Assembly (NCBI GenBank): GCA_964016885.1
Contig: OZ024744.1
Span: forward strand, 112,592,001 to 112,656,000
Reading direction: 5' to 3'
Origin: Eledone cirrhosa
Taxonomy: Eukaryota
Length of the DNA stretch: 64,000 bases
In this document: positions 37,391-54,098 of the stretch, one piece after another
How the letters are laid out: every line of letters begins with the position of its first letter
How positions within the stretch are numbered: the stretch's first letter is position 1
Notes under the pieces: model-generated
Databases searched by the model: none
Told to the model about the DNA's origin: nothing
Seen by the model: only the letters and a program-made list of their open reading frames with translations
Made by a program: the position numbers and the translations under genes

Positions 37391-39753
37391 TGGATAAATG
37401 CCTTCACAGAGTCTCATGAGCTGTTAGCCCAACTTTACAATGAAATAGTTAAGGAGCCAGAAAAGATACCTTCATGGCTAGTTAACGGCATTACATTCCT
37501 GCTTCCGAAGAATGATGAGACAAACAATCCCAAAAATTACAGACCGATAACTTGCTTGACCACAATGTATAAAATTTTAACATCAGTCCTAACTGAATAC
37601 ACATATGACCACCTGATAACAAATGACCTATTTCCCATTGAGCAGAAAGGGTGTAAACGAGGCTCATATGGCTGTAAGGATCAGCTTCTGGTTAACAAAA
37701 TGATACTGGAAGATTGTCATAATAGACACAAAAATCTATCGAATGCTTGGATAGATTATAAAAAAGCATTCGATAGTTTGCCACACAGTTGGATTGAAAA
37801 ATGTTTAGAGATTTTCAAAATATCCCCCGTTGTCAGGAGGTTTTTGTCATTCAGTATGAAGACATGGAAAACGACACTCCTTTTGAATAGTGAAACAAAG
37901 TCACTGGAAGCTGGAGAAGTTAATATTAATTGTGGAATTTTTCAGGGTGACTCTTTATCACCGCTTTTATTCTGCATCGCACTTATACCATTAAGTAAAA
38001 TGCTCAATGAAACAAAACATGAATATAAAGTCTATGACAAAACCATTAATCACCTGTTCTACATAGATGACCTGAAACTATTTGCAAAAAATGATGAACA
38101 ATTGCAAGGGCTATTATCCACTGTGAAGCAGTTCAGTGATGACATTAAAATGGAGTTTGGACTAGATAAATGCGCCAAAGCAACGTTCACCAGAGGAAAG
38201 CTGCTGAAGAGTTCAGACATTAATCTTGATCGGGGGAACGTGATAAGAGAACTTGATCAAGAAAAAACTTACAAATATCTAGGTGTTTGTGAAGGAGACG
38301 GAATCAAGCACTCGACAATGAGGGAAAGGATAAGGAAGGAATGTTACCGCAGAGTCAGAGCAATCTTAAGAACGGAATTGAATGCAAGGAATAGGATCGA
38401 TGCCATAAACACGCTTGCCATACCAGTAGTAACCTACAGTTACAATGTCATCAACTGGTCAAGCACAGAGATCCGTAGGCTCGATACAAAAATTCGAAAA
38501 TTCTTAACCTTGCACAGAATGCATCACCCTAAGGCAGATATAGATAGAATATATCTCCCTAGGAAAGAAGGAGGACGTGGGTTAATCCAGTTAGACATTG
38601 CGTTGAAAACTGCAACAATTGGATTATCTACATATCTAAGGGAATCACATGATCGGATGATCAAACTCGTTTTGAAACACGAAAGCATCAAAAGATCATA
38701 TTCCATTACAAAAGATGCACAAAGATACAGTAATGGACTACAAATTTCAGAAGTCCCATTTACTGCTGAAATGGAAAACACAGAAAAAGCAAAGCAGGTA
38801 AAAGTAACTGCAAAGAAAGAACTGCTACATAAACTGGCTAAGAAATGGCAAGAAAAGCCTCTGTATGGAAAATACCCGGAGCGAGCTAACAATCCTGATG
38901 TTGACAAAACTTTAACCCATCAGTGGTTGGCATCCTCTGGACTGAAATCGGAGACTGAAGGACTGATTATATCGGCACAAGATCAGTGTCTGCCAACAAA
39001 AAATTACCAAGCCAACATAATAAAAAATGGGTGCAGCCCATTATGCCGTGTATGCAAAAAACAACCAGAGACCATTGACCATATAATTTCAATGTGCAGT
39101 CCTATAGCTCCAACCGAATACCTAAACAGGCGTGACAGAGCTGCACAATACATACATTGGATAATGTGTAAGCATTTTGACCTGCCCCATCAAAAGAATT
39201 GGTGGGAGCATCAACCACCTCCCATACTTGAAAAAGATCACATCTCAATCTTGTGGAACTTTAGCATCCAAACAGACCGAAAAATAGATGCAAACAGACC
39301 TGATATAATATTGAAAGACTTTCAAAAGAGGGTATGCCTGCTAATTGATATGTCTGTTCCAATAGACAAGAATGTATCTATAAAAACATTTGAAAAATTG
39401 AGCAAGTATAAGGACCTGGAGATAGAAATTGGAAAAATGTGGAAATTGAGAACTAAAACAATACCAGTGGTTGTAGGCGCTCTGGGAATGATACCTAAGG
39501 GGTCTAATGATTACTTATCGCAAATCCCAGGAAACCCGCGTATAGGAGAAATACAAAAGATAGTACTAATGGGAACTGTCCATATACTAAGGAAGATTCT
39601 GTCAATATAAGTACATCACAAGTCTAAACACTAAAGATGCATGTGTGAATATGTATGTTCTTTCTTGAACATGGCGGACCTTGTTGTCTCTTGAGGTCAC
39701 TGGTTGTGACTTGGTGATAACTCGTATGAACATAAAGCAAGATAAATGCAACT
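37386..39753 (+). mobile_element. Dong-A 5'-truncated copy with uninterrupted RT-CCHC-RLE frame and (TAA)n tail
   Basis: ORF 37358-39610 (750 aa; YIDD, CRVC...HIISMC, RPDII...KYKDL); (TAA)n 39755-39811. Confidence 0.92.
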
Positions 39754-39812
<59 letters not shown>

Positions 39813-39879
39813 TCAAACATTACATTACAATGAAATTTATGCTTATTTTTTAAAGTTTTTACCTATTTATTTGTTTATT

Positions 39880-41770
39880 TATTTATGTTCGTCTCCAGCG
39901 CGATAGTGCCACGCTAAAATCACCGGGGTGATCAAATTACTGGGGGTGATGAAATCACCGGTGGTTATGTAACCATACATTCACCAATCCTCGATATGAG
40001 TGTTTAAAAGTTCGAATAACGGTGAAGTGGAGACTGGAATGTCATATGACAGACTCTCACCCAGCAGGTGCTCTCTGGCCCAGCAGCAAGGACCTGGCTG
40101 TCATCCAAATACTGCTGGTGTTGGAGGAAGAAGAAGAAAGAAAGGGACCAGAACCAACTGGACGAAAGAATTGAATAGAACTGTTATGCAATGTTACCTG
40201 AAGAGTAACCCCAAGGAAAATGGCTATAGGAAACGGATGCATAACATCTGGAACGAGATTGGTCTATTTAAATTAGATGAACAAAAATTGGCCGGGCAGG
40301 CTCGGGTAATAAGAACTAATGGGTGGATAAGCGAGCTGGAACTGGAGGAACTGAGCAGAGAGATTAGGTTGGGAATGGAGAGTGGAGTATGCCAGGCAAA
40401 CGAGCCAGTGGGAAATGAAGATGAAGAGGTTGAGAGAACGGAGGAAGCATCCGAAGCAGACAATGATCTGAATGCTGAAATAAATAACATCTGGAACAAA
40501 GATACGGCCATTGAGGAAATGAATGCTGACGGGCTAAGGCAAGATTTGGTTGATATCCTAAACTTAGTGGTAGATGAAATGAACAATGATAGTGGAAAAC
40601 CTATGAACCTAAGATTCGTAGACAGGAAAAAGTTAAAAGAAACAACAGCTAAGGTAAACAAAGTCATCCCATACCTTGAGGCGAGGAACCTTCACCAGTG
40701 CAACAATATCCTCAAAGCAACAGCAATGCGGTGAGGAAATTACTTGGCATAAAAGCGAGAGGAAACAACAACCAAGAAAGATCAGAACTTTGGTGGAAGA
40801 AATGACTGAATGGTCAAATCAGGGAAATGAGAAATGACATTGGAAAGCTTGAGTCCCTACTGAATGGGACACTAAAAAACATAGGTACTAAAAATAGACT
40901 GAAAATAAAGTACAAAACTAGGAGGAAAAAGCTAAATATTATCATAGAGGAACTGAAGCAACGCATTGTAGCAAAGAGCGCAAAGATTAGGCGATACGAG
41001 AGCAGAGTCAGTCAGTATAGACAGAACCGCATGTTTGACAACAACCAGAAGATGTTGTTTGGACAGCTTGAAGGGAAAGAAGAGGCAACGACTTGATCCC
41101 TGAGGCGGAACAGACTAAGACATTCTGGAGAGGAATATGGGAGCAGGATGTTAGACATAATGATCAGGCAGTGTGGACTGAGACGGTACAAAAGGAGATT
41201 AGTGAACAGGCACACCAACAAACTGATTTGAGTATCACAGTTGAAACTCTTAAGGGGCAGGCCAAAAAACTAACCAACTGGAAATCACCAGCCCCAGATG
41301 GTGTGCAGGGGTATTGGATTAAAAATATAACATCCCTCCACCCGAAACTGACAACCATGTTCAATGACTGCTTGATGTCAGGTGAGGTACCAGAGTGGTT
41401 GACAAAAAGTACCACAGTTCTGGTAATGAAAGACCGAATCAAGAGTAATGATGTTACCAACTATAGACCTATCACATGTCTGTCCGTAATGTGGAAACTG
41501 TTGACAGGCATTATGTCTGAGGAAATCTACCATCACCTCCACATAAACAACTTGTTACCGGACGAACAGAAAGGATGCCGAAAGAAGTCCCGTGGTACAA
41601 AGGACCAGTTACTTATTGATAAGATGGTAATGAGGAATTGCAGGAGGAGACACACTGGTCTTGCCATGGGATGGATAGACTACAAAAAGGCATTCGACAT
41701 GGTACCTCATTCTTGGATCACCAAAAGCCTAGAGATCTTCAAGGTGGCAGTTAACATCAGACAGTTGTTG
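39880..41770 (+). mobile_element. R4/Dong-like 5' half (N-terminal domain + RT start), disrupted, cut off by RTE
   Basis: ORFs 40000-40734, 40827-41096 and 41093-41809 (WKSPAPDG, YRPITCL, DYKKAFD) are homologous to Dong-A but divergent. Confidence 0.85.
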
Positions 41771-44782
<3,012 letters not shown>

Positions 44783-44847
44783 CATGTATATATATATATA
44801 TATATACATATATACATCTCTATATATATATATACATATATATATTC

Positions 44848-44924
<77 letters not shown>

Positions 44925-45189
44925 AGAATGAAACGAAATTTCATTTCTCACTCTTAGAACGGCACTTACTTAAATGTAAGTATGTATGTATACGTACATA
45001 CATACATGTATACAGACGTACAGTAGTATGTATATATATATACATACATGCACACATATATATGCACGTATCGGTTTACCGAACATTTATTATAATGCTC
45101 GGTTTGTTTGTTTGTAAAGAAACGGATTACGCCGTACAGTGTTTAGGCAACCACGTCACCTTTTATGTAAATATATATATATATATATA

Positions 45190-45460
45190 CAAAAGTTTTA
45201 TTTAAAATTGTTGGGTTACAACGAGTAAATATATTATAACTGATATAAAAGCACTCAACAGTTTCTGGAGTAGGTTTACGATATTAAACAAATGGAAACT
45301 ATATTTATAAAACCATATTTATTTCATTATATATATTACAGGGATATCATATTAAAAATATGGCATGCCCTCTTCAGACAAAATACAATATATAAACAGT
45401 TTTATAAATAAATTTGACATACCTTAAACTTTACAACTTCCATTTAAAAAGTTGTTTTGG
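45190..45460 (-). mobile_element. Diverged copy of the pLTR-like repeat at 46775-47041
   Basis: Homologous sequence; hammerhead core degraded (GAAA to GTAA). Confidence 0.7.
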
Positions 45461-45545
45461 TAGTGAAAATGTTAAGGACAGTTAGAAAGAAAGACGAAAA
45501 AATACTATAGTGAACTCTGTTCAAAAACGTATCTCTAGAATCTCA

Positions 45546-45616
<71 letters not shown>

Positions 45617-46031
45617 TTAAAAGAATAGAACACACAAGTTATTAAGTTATTAACACACAAGTTATTAAGCAAACAACACGGACGCTCTATCTCAAAATTA
45701 TTCTTGAAAAGCATTTAGAAATGCGCAACTGGTAAAGCTTAAAACCAAAACTGAATACTAACCAATACTATTACTAACTCTCGTCTATTCCTAATTAAAC
45801 CATTTTTCACTGTGAACATTTTGTCAGCATTTTCTATTCCGTTTACCAATATATGTATATATATATGTGTAAATGTTGATTTAAAACTGCACTATCCACA
45901 AGTGTTTTTAACCTTCATATCATGTCTTCCTATTTTATCTGATGAAAACACAAATGTTATTGCATGATTATATTTGTTTTTGAAATGCGCATAATAAAAT
46001 ACATGGAACTCATTTAACCATCTTTTGATCT

Positions 46032-46097
<66 letters not shown>

Positions 46098-46122
46098 ACA
46101 TATATACTGTATATGTATATAT

Positions 46123-46164
<42 letters not shown>

Positions 46165-46450
46165 GTATAAGAGAGTGTTTTTGCGAGTGTATGGGAGTAA
46201 GGGCTTTAAATGTGTGTGTGTGTGTGTGTGTGAATGTGCTTGTAGACACCTGAATAATAGTCATTGTTAGCTTATGAGAACCTTAAAAATAAGGAGTGGA
46301 ACCCCTTTCTGCCTTTGTTACTCTAATTATAGCTTTTAAAGAATTCCCTTTTCTTTAAACCCATCAATCAATGACCTCAACCCATCCCAATCCCGACCCT
46401 CTCCTACCACCAGAAAAGATATAAATACCACCATATTTACTTGGACAGTC

Positions 46451-46501
46451 AGCTTCCTGATGATTTCTCACGAATGAAACAGTTCTAGTCCTGTAGAAGC
46501 T
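46451..46501 (+). ncRNA. Type I hammerhead ribozyme motif
   Basis: agcttc-CTGATGA-t[ttc tcac gaa]t-GAAA-cag...ctg-TA-gaagct. Perfect 6-bp stem I, closed stem III, TATAAATA ~30 bp upstream. Confidence 0.85.
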
Positions 46502-46600
46502 TTTCTATATTAAATATTTATACTCTGCTTTGTATTTAATACCTTACTTACTGTGGTTACCCCCGATTGAATCCGGGATATATTTATATATATATATATA

Positions 46601-47040
46601 TACGATATTAAATAAATGGAAACTATATTTATAAAACCATATTTATTTCAGGGATATCATATTAACAATATGTTATGCCTTCCTCAGACAAAATACAATA
46701 TAGACAGTTTTATAAATAAATAGATTTGACATACCGTTCAACATCGACTTGTATTTGAAAAGTTGATCTGCCAAATCAACTTTTTCAAATACAAGTCGAT
46801 GTTGAACGGTATGTCAAATCTATTTATTTATAAAACTGTCTATATTGTATTTTGTCTGAAGAAGGCATAACATATTGTTAATATGATATCCCTGAAATAT
46901 ATATAATGAAATAAATATGGTTTTATAAATATAGTTTCCATTTATTTAATATCGTAAATATACTCCAAATACTTGTTGAGTGCTTTTATATTAGTTATAA
47001 ATATTTACTAGTTGTAACCCAACAATTTAAATATAACTTT

Positions 47041-47041
<1 letters not shown>
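46601..47041. mobile_element. Fold-back unit 2: hairpin with 7-nt loop (46768-46774), pLTR-like, between (TA)n tracts
   Basis: 46601-46767 is the reverse complement of 46775-46956. Confidence 0.85.
46848..46913 (+). ncRNA. Type I hammerhead ribozyme motif (minimal stem III)
   Basis: tattttgt-CTGAAGA-agg...cct-GAAA-tatata-TA-atgaaata; stem I needs two G.U pairs. Confidence 0.65.
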
Positions 47042-47120
<79 letters not shown>

Positions 47121-47867
47121 AGTGGGTGTAACTAGGAGTTGCTGCAGGTTCACCCGGGTGAGCACTCGATGTTTAGGTTCACTTCTGTGATGATGTGTAG
47201 AGCTATACAGAGTGTAAAATATAGAAAAGATAAAAAGGACGATTGATTATTCCTTCATTGCATTTATTGATAGGTGACGCGCGTTTCGCCACTGATCAGC
47301 TCAAGGTTCGATCTATATCGATCCTACCCGACTGAATATATATTGTTGTATAAACACACACAACATAAAACACATACGCACATCCTTGCCCACACATATC
47401 GGCATACGCTCACACACAGCCATATGTATATGTACACACATGCATGTGTATGCGCGCATGCGGGCACGAATATGGGGAGTGGGGGAATATCGGTGGGGGT
47501 GACGAACGACAGAGATGGGGGGAAGGTGAGAGGCGATGTAGAAGGTGTTTCACATATATACATACACATACATACACATGGGTATGGGCACATGGACTCA
47601 CACTCATGTATGCAAGATATACACATACACACTCGCACACACGTATACTCACACATATATATATACATATATATATATATACACACACATGTACCGACAA
47701 GACACACATATACACACACATGCACATATATGAGCTCACCTACACATACAGTCAGATTTACCCATATACATACATGCAGACGTACACATACACACACATA
47801 CATATATACACACACATACACATATGCATACACATACACATATATATATATTTATATATATATATAT

Positions 47868-47900
<33 letters not shown>

Positions 47901-48962
47901 TAGACATATGCATACACATGTGTTCACATACACACACACACACACACATAGAGATAAATTTGCGTACACGCACGCACACTTAAAACGCCCGTATGAGTAA
48001 AATACTTACACACAGACACACACACTATTGTTGGTTGGGGAATGGAGGTATGTTTTGTCGGTGTTGATGAAGTATGGAGTTGTGTTTTGTGGTGGTGGAG
48101 TTGTGAGGGACAAACATATACATACCGGATCGAATACCGGTTAAAAGGTGACATAGGGAACGCGGGGGAAAAGCGTTTATGGACGTACGGCGATGTGTGT
48201 TGTGGACATGGTGATGGTGGTGGTGCTGGGGTGATATGTTCGGCAAGATGATTACATGATCAGAGGTTACGGTGTGTTATATGGTAGGCAGACGGGGGGT
48301 GGGGGGTATATAATACAGTCGATCTGAGAGCGAGGGATGATGTGTTGATGATGTAATGATAATGATTGTTGAAGTATGTGGATGTATTTAGTGGTGGCGG
48401 TGGTTGTGTGTGCGTGCGACAGTACAGTTACAGGGTCGAATTTAGCGTGGGGTTGCAAGTTAGGGTAGATAGAGGGAACATGGGGGGATGAGGTTGTAGG
48501 CGTGTATGGTATGCACATGACGATGTGTGGTGGCGATGGTGTGATATGGTCGACATTGTATTTACAAGGTCCCTTGTCATTGTGGATTGCAAGGTAGAAC
48601 GTATCATAGGATACCGATCTAATACGATGTTGCAACGATGGGGTGTGTGTGTTGATGTGAATTATGGTGGTGGTGATGTGTGCGGCATGATATACAAATG
48701 GGGGCTTAGAGATGGTAACGTGGAGTACAATACAATAAGTACATTGAGGTGGGCGATGTTGAGACGGGGTATAGGTGGTTATTAATATGGTGTGTCGTGG
48801 TTAGTGTGATTTTTGGTGTGGGTTATGTATGCGGCATGATATACAAAATACGGGCTTACATATGGTTACATGCAATACAATGAAATAAGATAAAGTGAAG
48901 TTAGATTAGAATTAAAGTTCGTTGAGATGGGCGATGGTGATACGGGGCAGGTGTGGTTATTA

Positions 48963-49562
48963 TTATGGTGGGTCATGGTTGGTGCGTGGTCTTCCCGCGA
49001 AAGTTTGTGCAGAAAAGGTGTGCATCCTAATGTGTCTGCAATTGACAATTATGTCCGACCTATAGTTTATGGCGGAATCAAGTTTAATTGTTTTCGCCGC
49101 CTCAGCTAGGCACAATCTGCAGTGGTTTCTGTCACTGGGGATGTATGCCACACGTCTTTTTACTGACCACGGGATCCGGGGTTCAATATTCCTGTCCTTG
49201 AGGTCCCAGATCAGATCGGCCAGTTTTGTTTGGGGTCGTTTCGATCTATGTTTGAAGGAGCTTCTGTGATTATTCCAGCGCTCCTTAAACGTAGTGGATG
49301 TCGCACCTATATATGAGTACTCCTTATTGCCGGCAGTGACATCGCACCGGTAAACAATATTCTTAACGAGGCACTCCCCGTTTAGTGGGCATTCGTCTCG
49401 TTTTTTGCAGTTGTATTTGGGAGTAACCGGTGCGGTGCAACGTTGGCGGTTGGTGTCGTGCGGTGCTGGTGTGGTGTGTGTGTTGTTGTGTTGTGTTGTG
49501 TGTGTGGTTTCGTTCTGGGTTGTAATAGCACACAATAATAGGGCAAAAATACGAAAACACAT
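48963..49562 (-). CDS. GIY-YIG endonuclease domain of Penelope-like element (left arm)
   Basis: NIVY...YIGAT...FKERWNNH...CRLC.AE...NCRH motifs; no RT upstream. Confidence 0.75.
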   Translation of the reverse strand: MCFRIFALLLCAITTQNETTHTTQHNNTHTTPAPHDTNRQRCTAPVTPKYNCKKRDECPLNGECLVKNIVYRCDVTAGNKEYSYIGATSTTFKERWNNHRSSFKHRSKRPQTKLADLIWDLKDRNIEPRIPWSVKRRVAYIPSDRNHCRLCLAEAAKTIKLDSAINYRSDIIVNCRHIRMHTFSAQTFAGRPRTNHDPP

Positions 49563-49592
49563 GGTTCCCCCCCCCCCCAACACACCACCACC

Positions 49593-50153
49593 ACAACCCA
49601 GAACGAAACCACACACACAACACAACACAACAACACACACACCACACCAACACCGCACGACACCAACCGCCAACGTTGCACCGCACCGGTTACTCCCAAA
49701 TGCAACTGCAAAAAACGAGACGAATGCCCACTAAACGGGGAGTGCCTCGTTAAGAATATTGTTTACCGGTGCGATGTCACTGCCGGCAATAAGGAGTACT
49801 CATATATAGGTGCGACATCCACTACGTTTAAGGAGCGCTGGAATAATCACAGAAGCTCCTTCAAACATAGATCGAAACGACCCCAAACAAAACTGGCCGA
49901 TCTGATCTGGGACCTCAAGGACAGGAATATTGAACCCCGGATCCCGTGGTCAGTAAAAAGACGTGTGGCATACATCCCCAGTGACAGAAACCACTGCAGA
50001 TTGTGCCTAGCTGAGGCGACGGAAATAATTAAACTTGATTCCGCCATAAACTATAGGTCGGACATAATTGTCAATTGCAGACACATTAGGATGCACACCT
50101 TTTCTGCACAAACTTTCGCGGGAAGACCACGCACCAACCATGACCCACCATAA
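49593..50153 (+). CDS. GIY-YIG endonuclease domain (right arm; open frame without its own ATG)
   Basis: Frame reads ...PKCNCKKRDECPLNGEC...YIG...CRLC...CRH to the stop at 50153. Confidence 0.72.
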   Translation, partial: TTQNETTHTTQHNNTHTTPTPHDTNRQRCTAPVTPKCNCKKRDECPLNGECLVKNIVYRCDVTAGNKEYSYIGATSTTFKERWNNHRSSFKHRSKRPQTKLADLIWDLKDRNIEPRIPWSVKRRVAYIPSDRNHCRLCLAEATEIIKLDSAINYRSDIIVNCRHIRMHTFSAQTFAGRPRTNHDPP

Positions 50154-51217
50154 TAATAACCACACCTGCCCCGTATCACCATCGCCCATCTCAACGAACT
50201 TTAATTCTAATCTAACTTCACTTTATCTTATTTCATTTCATTGCATTTAACCATATGTAAGCCCGTATTTTGTATATCATGCCGCATACATAACCCACAC
50301 CAAAAATCACACTAACCATCATGACACACCATATTAATAACCACCTATACCCCGTCTCAACATCGCCCACCTCAATGTACTTATTGTATTGTACTCCACG
50401 TTACCATCTCTAAGCCCCCATTTGTATATCATGCCGCACACATCACCATCACCACCACCATAATTCACATCAACACACACACCCCATCGTTGCAACATCG
50501 TATTAGATCGGTATCCTATGATACGTTCTACCTTGCAATCCACAATGACAAGGGACCTTGTAAATACAATGTCGACCATATCACACCATCGCCACCACAC
50601 ATCGTCATGTGCATACCATACACGCCTACAACCTCATCCCCCCATGTTCCCTCTATCTACCCTAACTTGCAACCCCACGCTAAATTCGACCCTGTAACTG
50701 TACTGTCGCACGAACACACAACCACCGCCACCACTAAATACATCCACATACTTCAACAATCATTATCATTACATCATCAACACATATCCCTCGATCCCAG
50801 ATCGACTGTATTATATACCCCCCACCCCCCGTCTGCCTACCATATAACACACCGTAACCTCTGATCATGTAATCATCTTGCCGAACATATCACCCCAGCA
50901 CCACCACCATCATCATGTCCACAACACACATCGCCGTACGTCCATAAACGCTTTTCCCCCGCGTTCCCTATGTCACCTTTTAACCGGTATTCGATCCGGT
51001 ATGTATATGTTTGTCCCTCACAACTCCACCACCACAAGACACAACTCCATACTTCATCAACACCAACAAAACATACCTCCACTCCCCAACCAACAATAGT
51101 GTGTGTGTCTGTGTGTAAGTATTTTACACATACGGGCGTTTTAAGTGTGCGTGCGTGTACGCAAATTTATCTCTATGTGTGTGTGTGTGTATGTGAACAC
51201 GTGTATGCATATGTCTA

Positions 51218-51256
<39 letters not shown>

Positions 51257-51412
51257 ATGTGTATGCATATGTGTATGTGTGTGTATATATGTATGTGTGT
51301 ATATGTGTACGTCTGCATGTATGTATATGGGTAAATCTGACTGTATGTGTAGGTGAGCTCATATATGTGAATGTGTGTGTATATGTGCGTATATGTGTGT
51401 GTTGTCGGTACA

Positions 51413-51443
<31 letters not shown>

Positions 51444-52231
51444 GTATGAGTATACGTGTGTGCGAGTGTGTGTGTATATCTTGCATACATGAGTGTGAGT
51501 CTATGTGCCCATATCCATGCGTATATGTGTGTATGTATATATGTAAAACACCTTCTACATCGCCTCTCACCTTCCCCCCATCTCTGTCGTTCGCCACCCC
51601 CACCGATACTCTCCCACTCTCCATATTCGTGTCCGCATGCGCGCATGCACATACATGTGTGTACATATACATATGGCTGTGTGTGAGCGTATGCCGATAT
51701 GTGTGGGCAAGGATGTGCGTATGTGTCTTATTTTGTGTGTGTTTATACAACAATATATGTGCACATATATACATATATGTGTGTACGTATACGTATATAC
51801 AAGGTATCTGTCAGACGAAGAGCGTCTAACTATGTATCTATGTAAGGACCTGACGCCACCAATACATCCACCACACCACCACAAACGCCGCTACCATAGA
51901 TAAAGGCACCACTACCACACCCCCACCCACACGCCAACCCGTCTACTGACAATCCACTAACCTCATACCACAGCCCATCCCACTAAATAACCTTAACCAC
52001 CACCATATCTTGACATCCACCCCCCACATACTCTACACGCCAAGGCCAAGCCGCCACCACCACCACACCACAGTCCACCTCATCCACAGACCGTCACCAA
52101 CATCTCACCATCACACCCACCGCCATATACACTACAGGCCAGTACATCGCCTTGATCCTTCTCACCAATCAAAACGTCTCATTTTGTCAAACTCTTGAAA
52201 CTCTGACTTTACCACATAGCATGTATTTCAT

Positions 52232-52431
52232 NNNNNNNNNNNNNNNNNNNNNNNNNNNNNNNNNNNNNNNNNNNNNNNNNNNNNNNNNNNNNNNNNNNNN
52301 NNNNNNNNNNNNNNNNNNNNNNNNNNNNNNNNNNNNNNNNNNNNNNNNNNNNNNNNNNNNNNNNNNNNNNNNNNNNNNNNNNNNNNNNNNNNNNNNNNNN
52401 NNNNNNNNNNNNNNNNNNNNNNNNNNNNNNN
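52232..52431. other. Assembly gap (200 N)
   Basis: Run of n. Confidence 1.
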
Positions 52432-53948
52432 TACAACACACAAGCAGGTAATACACACATCTAGGCCCACATACAACACACAAGCAGGTAATACACACAT
52501 CTAGGATCACATACAACACACAAGCAGGTAATACATACATCTAGGCCCACATACAACACACAAGCAAGTAATACACACATCTAGGATCACATACAACAAA
52601 CAAGCAGGTAATACACACATCTAGGATCACATACAACACACAAGCAGGTAATACATATATCTAGGACCACATACAACACACAAGCAGGTAATACATACAT
52701 CTAGGCCCACATACAACACACAAGCAAGTAATACACACATCTAGGATCACATACAACAAACAAGCAGGTAATACACACATCTAGGATCACATACAACACA
52801 CAAGCAGGTAATACACACATCTAGGACCACATACAACACACAAGCAGGTAATACATACATCTAGGCCCACATACAACACACAATCAGGTAATACATATAT
52901 CTAGGACTACATACAACACACAAGCCGGTAATACATACATCTAGGACTACATACAACACACAAGCAGGTAATACATACATCTAGGACCACATACAACACA
53001 CAAGCAGGTAATACATACATCTAGGACCACATACAACACACAAGCAGGTAATACATACATCTAGGACTACATACAACACACAAGCAGGTAATACATACAT
53101 CTAGGACCACATACAACACACAATCAGGTAATACATATATCTAGGACTACATACAACACACAAGCAGGTAATACACACATCTAGGCCCACATACAACACA
53201 CAAGCAGGTAATACACACATCTAGGATCACATACAACACACAAGCAGGTAATACATACATCTAGGCCCACATACAACACACAAGCAAGTAATACACACAT
53301 CTAGGATCACATACAACAAACAAGCAGGTAATACACACATCTAGGATCACATACAACACACAAGCAGGTAATACATATATCTAGGACCACATACAACACA
53401 CAAGCAGGTAATACATACATCTAGGCCCACATACAACACACAAGCAAGTAATACACACATCTAGGATCACATACAACAAACAAGCAGGTAATACACACAT
53501 CTAGGATCACATACAACACACAAGCAGGTAATACATATATCTAGGACCACATACAACACACAAGCAGGTAATACATACATCTAGGACCACATACAACACA
53601 CAAGCAGGTAATACATACATCTAGGACTACATACAACACACAAGCAGGTAATACATACATCTAGGACCACATACAACACACAATCAGGTAATACATATAT
53701 CTAGGACTACATACAACACACAAGCAGGTAATACACACATCTAGGCCCACATACAACACACAAGCAGGTAATACACACATCTAGGATCACATACAACACA
53801 CAAGCAGGTAATACATATATCTAGGCCCACATACAACACACAATCAGGTGATACATACATCTAGGACTACATACAACACACAATCAGGTGATACATACAT
53901 CTAGGACTACATACAACACACAATCAGGTGATATACACATACAACAAA
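52432..53948. repeat. 40-bp tandem satellite, ~38 units
   Basis: Unit atacaacacacaagcaggtaatacaYaYatctaggNNNac, length-invariant. Confidence 0.97.
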
Positions 53949-53993
53949 AGGCAGGCGAAGGGGTGGACAAACGAGCTACTACCAGAGCTAAAG

Positions 53994-54070
53994 ATAATTG
54001 TTTCTACTTTAGGCACAAGGCCAGCAAATTACCCAGTGCATTACTGGTACTTTATTTTATCGACCTCGTA
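53994..54070 (-). mobile_element. SINE 3' fragment
   Basis: Matches 57333-57410. Confidence 0.8.
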
Positions 54071-54098
54071 ATATCGCGGTGGTCACTGGGAAACCTCT

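Larger units (their letters stand above)
47337..51758. mobile_element. Fold-back unit 3: two 5'-truncated Penelope-like (Naiad-type) copies head-to-head, arms ~2.2 kb, 69-bp spacer
   Basis: 47337-49523 is the reverse complement of 49593-51758 with scattered differences. A GIY-YIG frame lies in each arm. A hammerhead 3' half (GAAACGCGCGTC) is on the minus strand at ~47275-47287. Confidence 0.88.

Noticed and set aside
47270-47330. Complete hammerhead at the left end of fold-back 3
   Set aside because: Only the GAAAC-GCGC-GTC half is present; there is no convincing CTGAnGA with a matching stem I.
45892-48000. YI/HT/CV-rich ORFs (also 51000-51900, 58000-59161)
   Set aside because: They are translations of (TA)n/(CA)n microsatellites.
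49593-50153. Selenoprotein-type Naiad endonuclease
   Set aside because: Conserved cysteines use ordinary TGC codons, with no in-frame TGA.
52432-53948. CRISPR-like array
   Set aside because: Units are contiguous with no unique spacers, no cas genes are present, and the context is eukaryotic.
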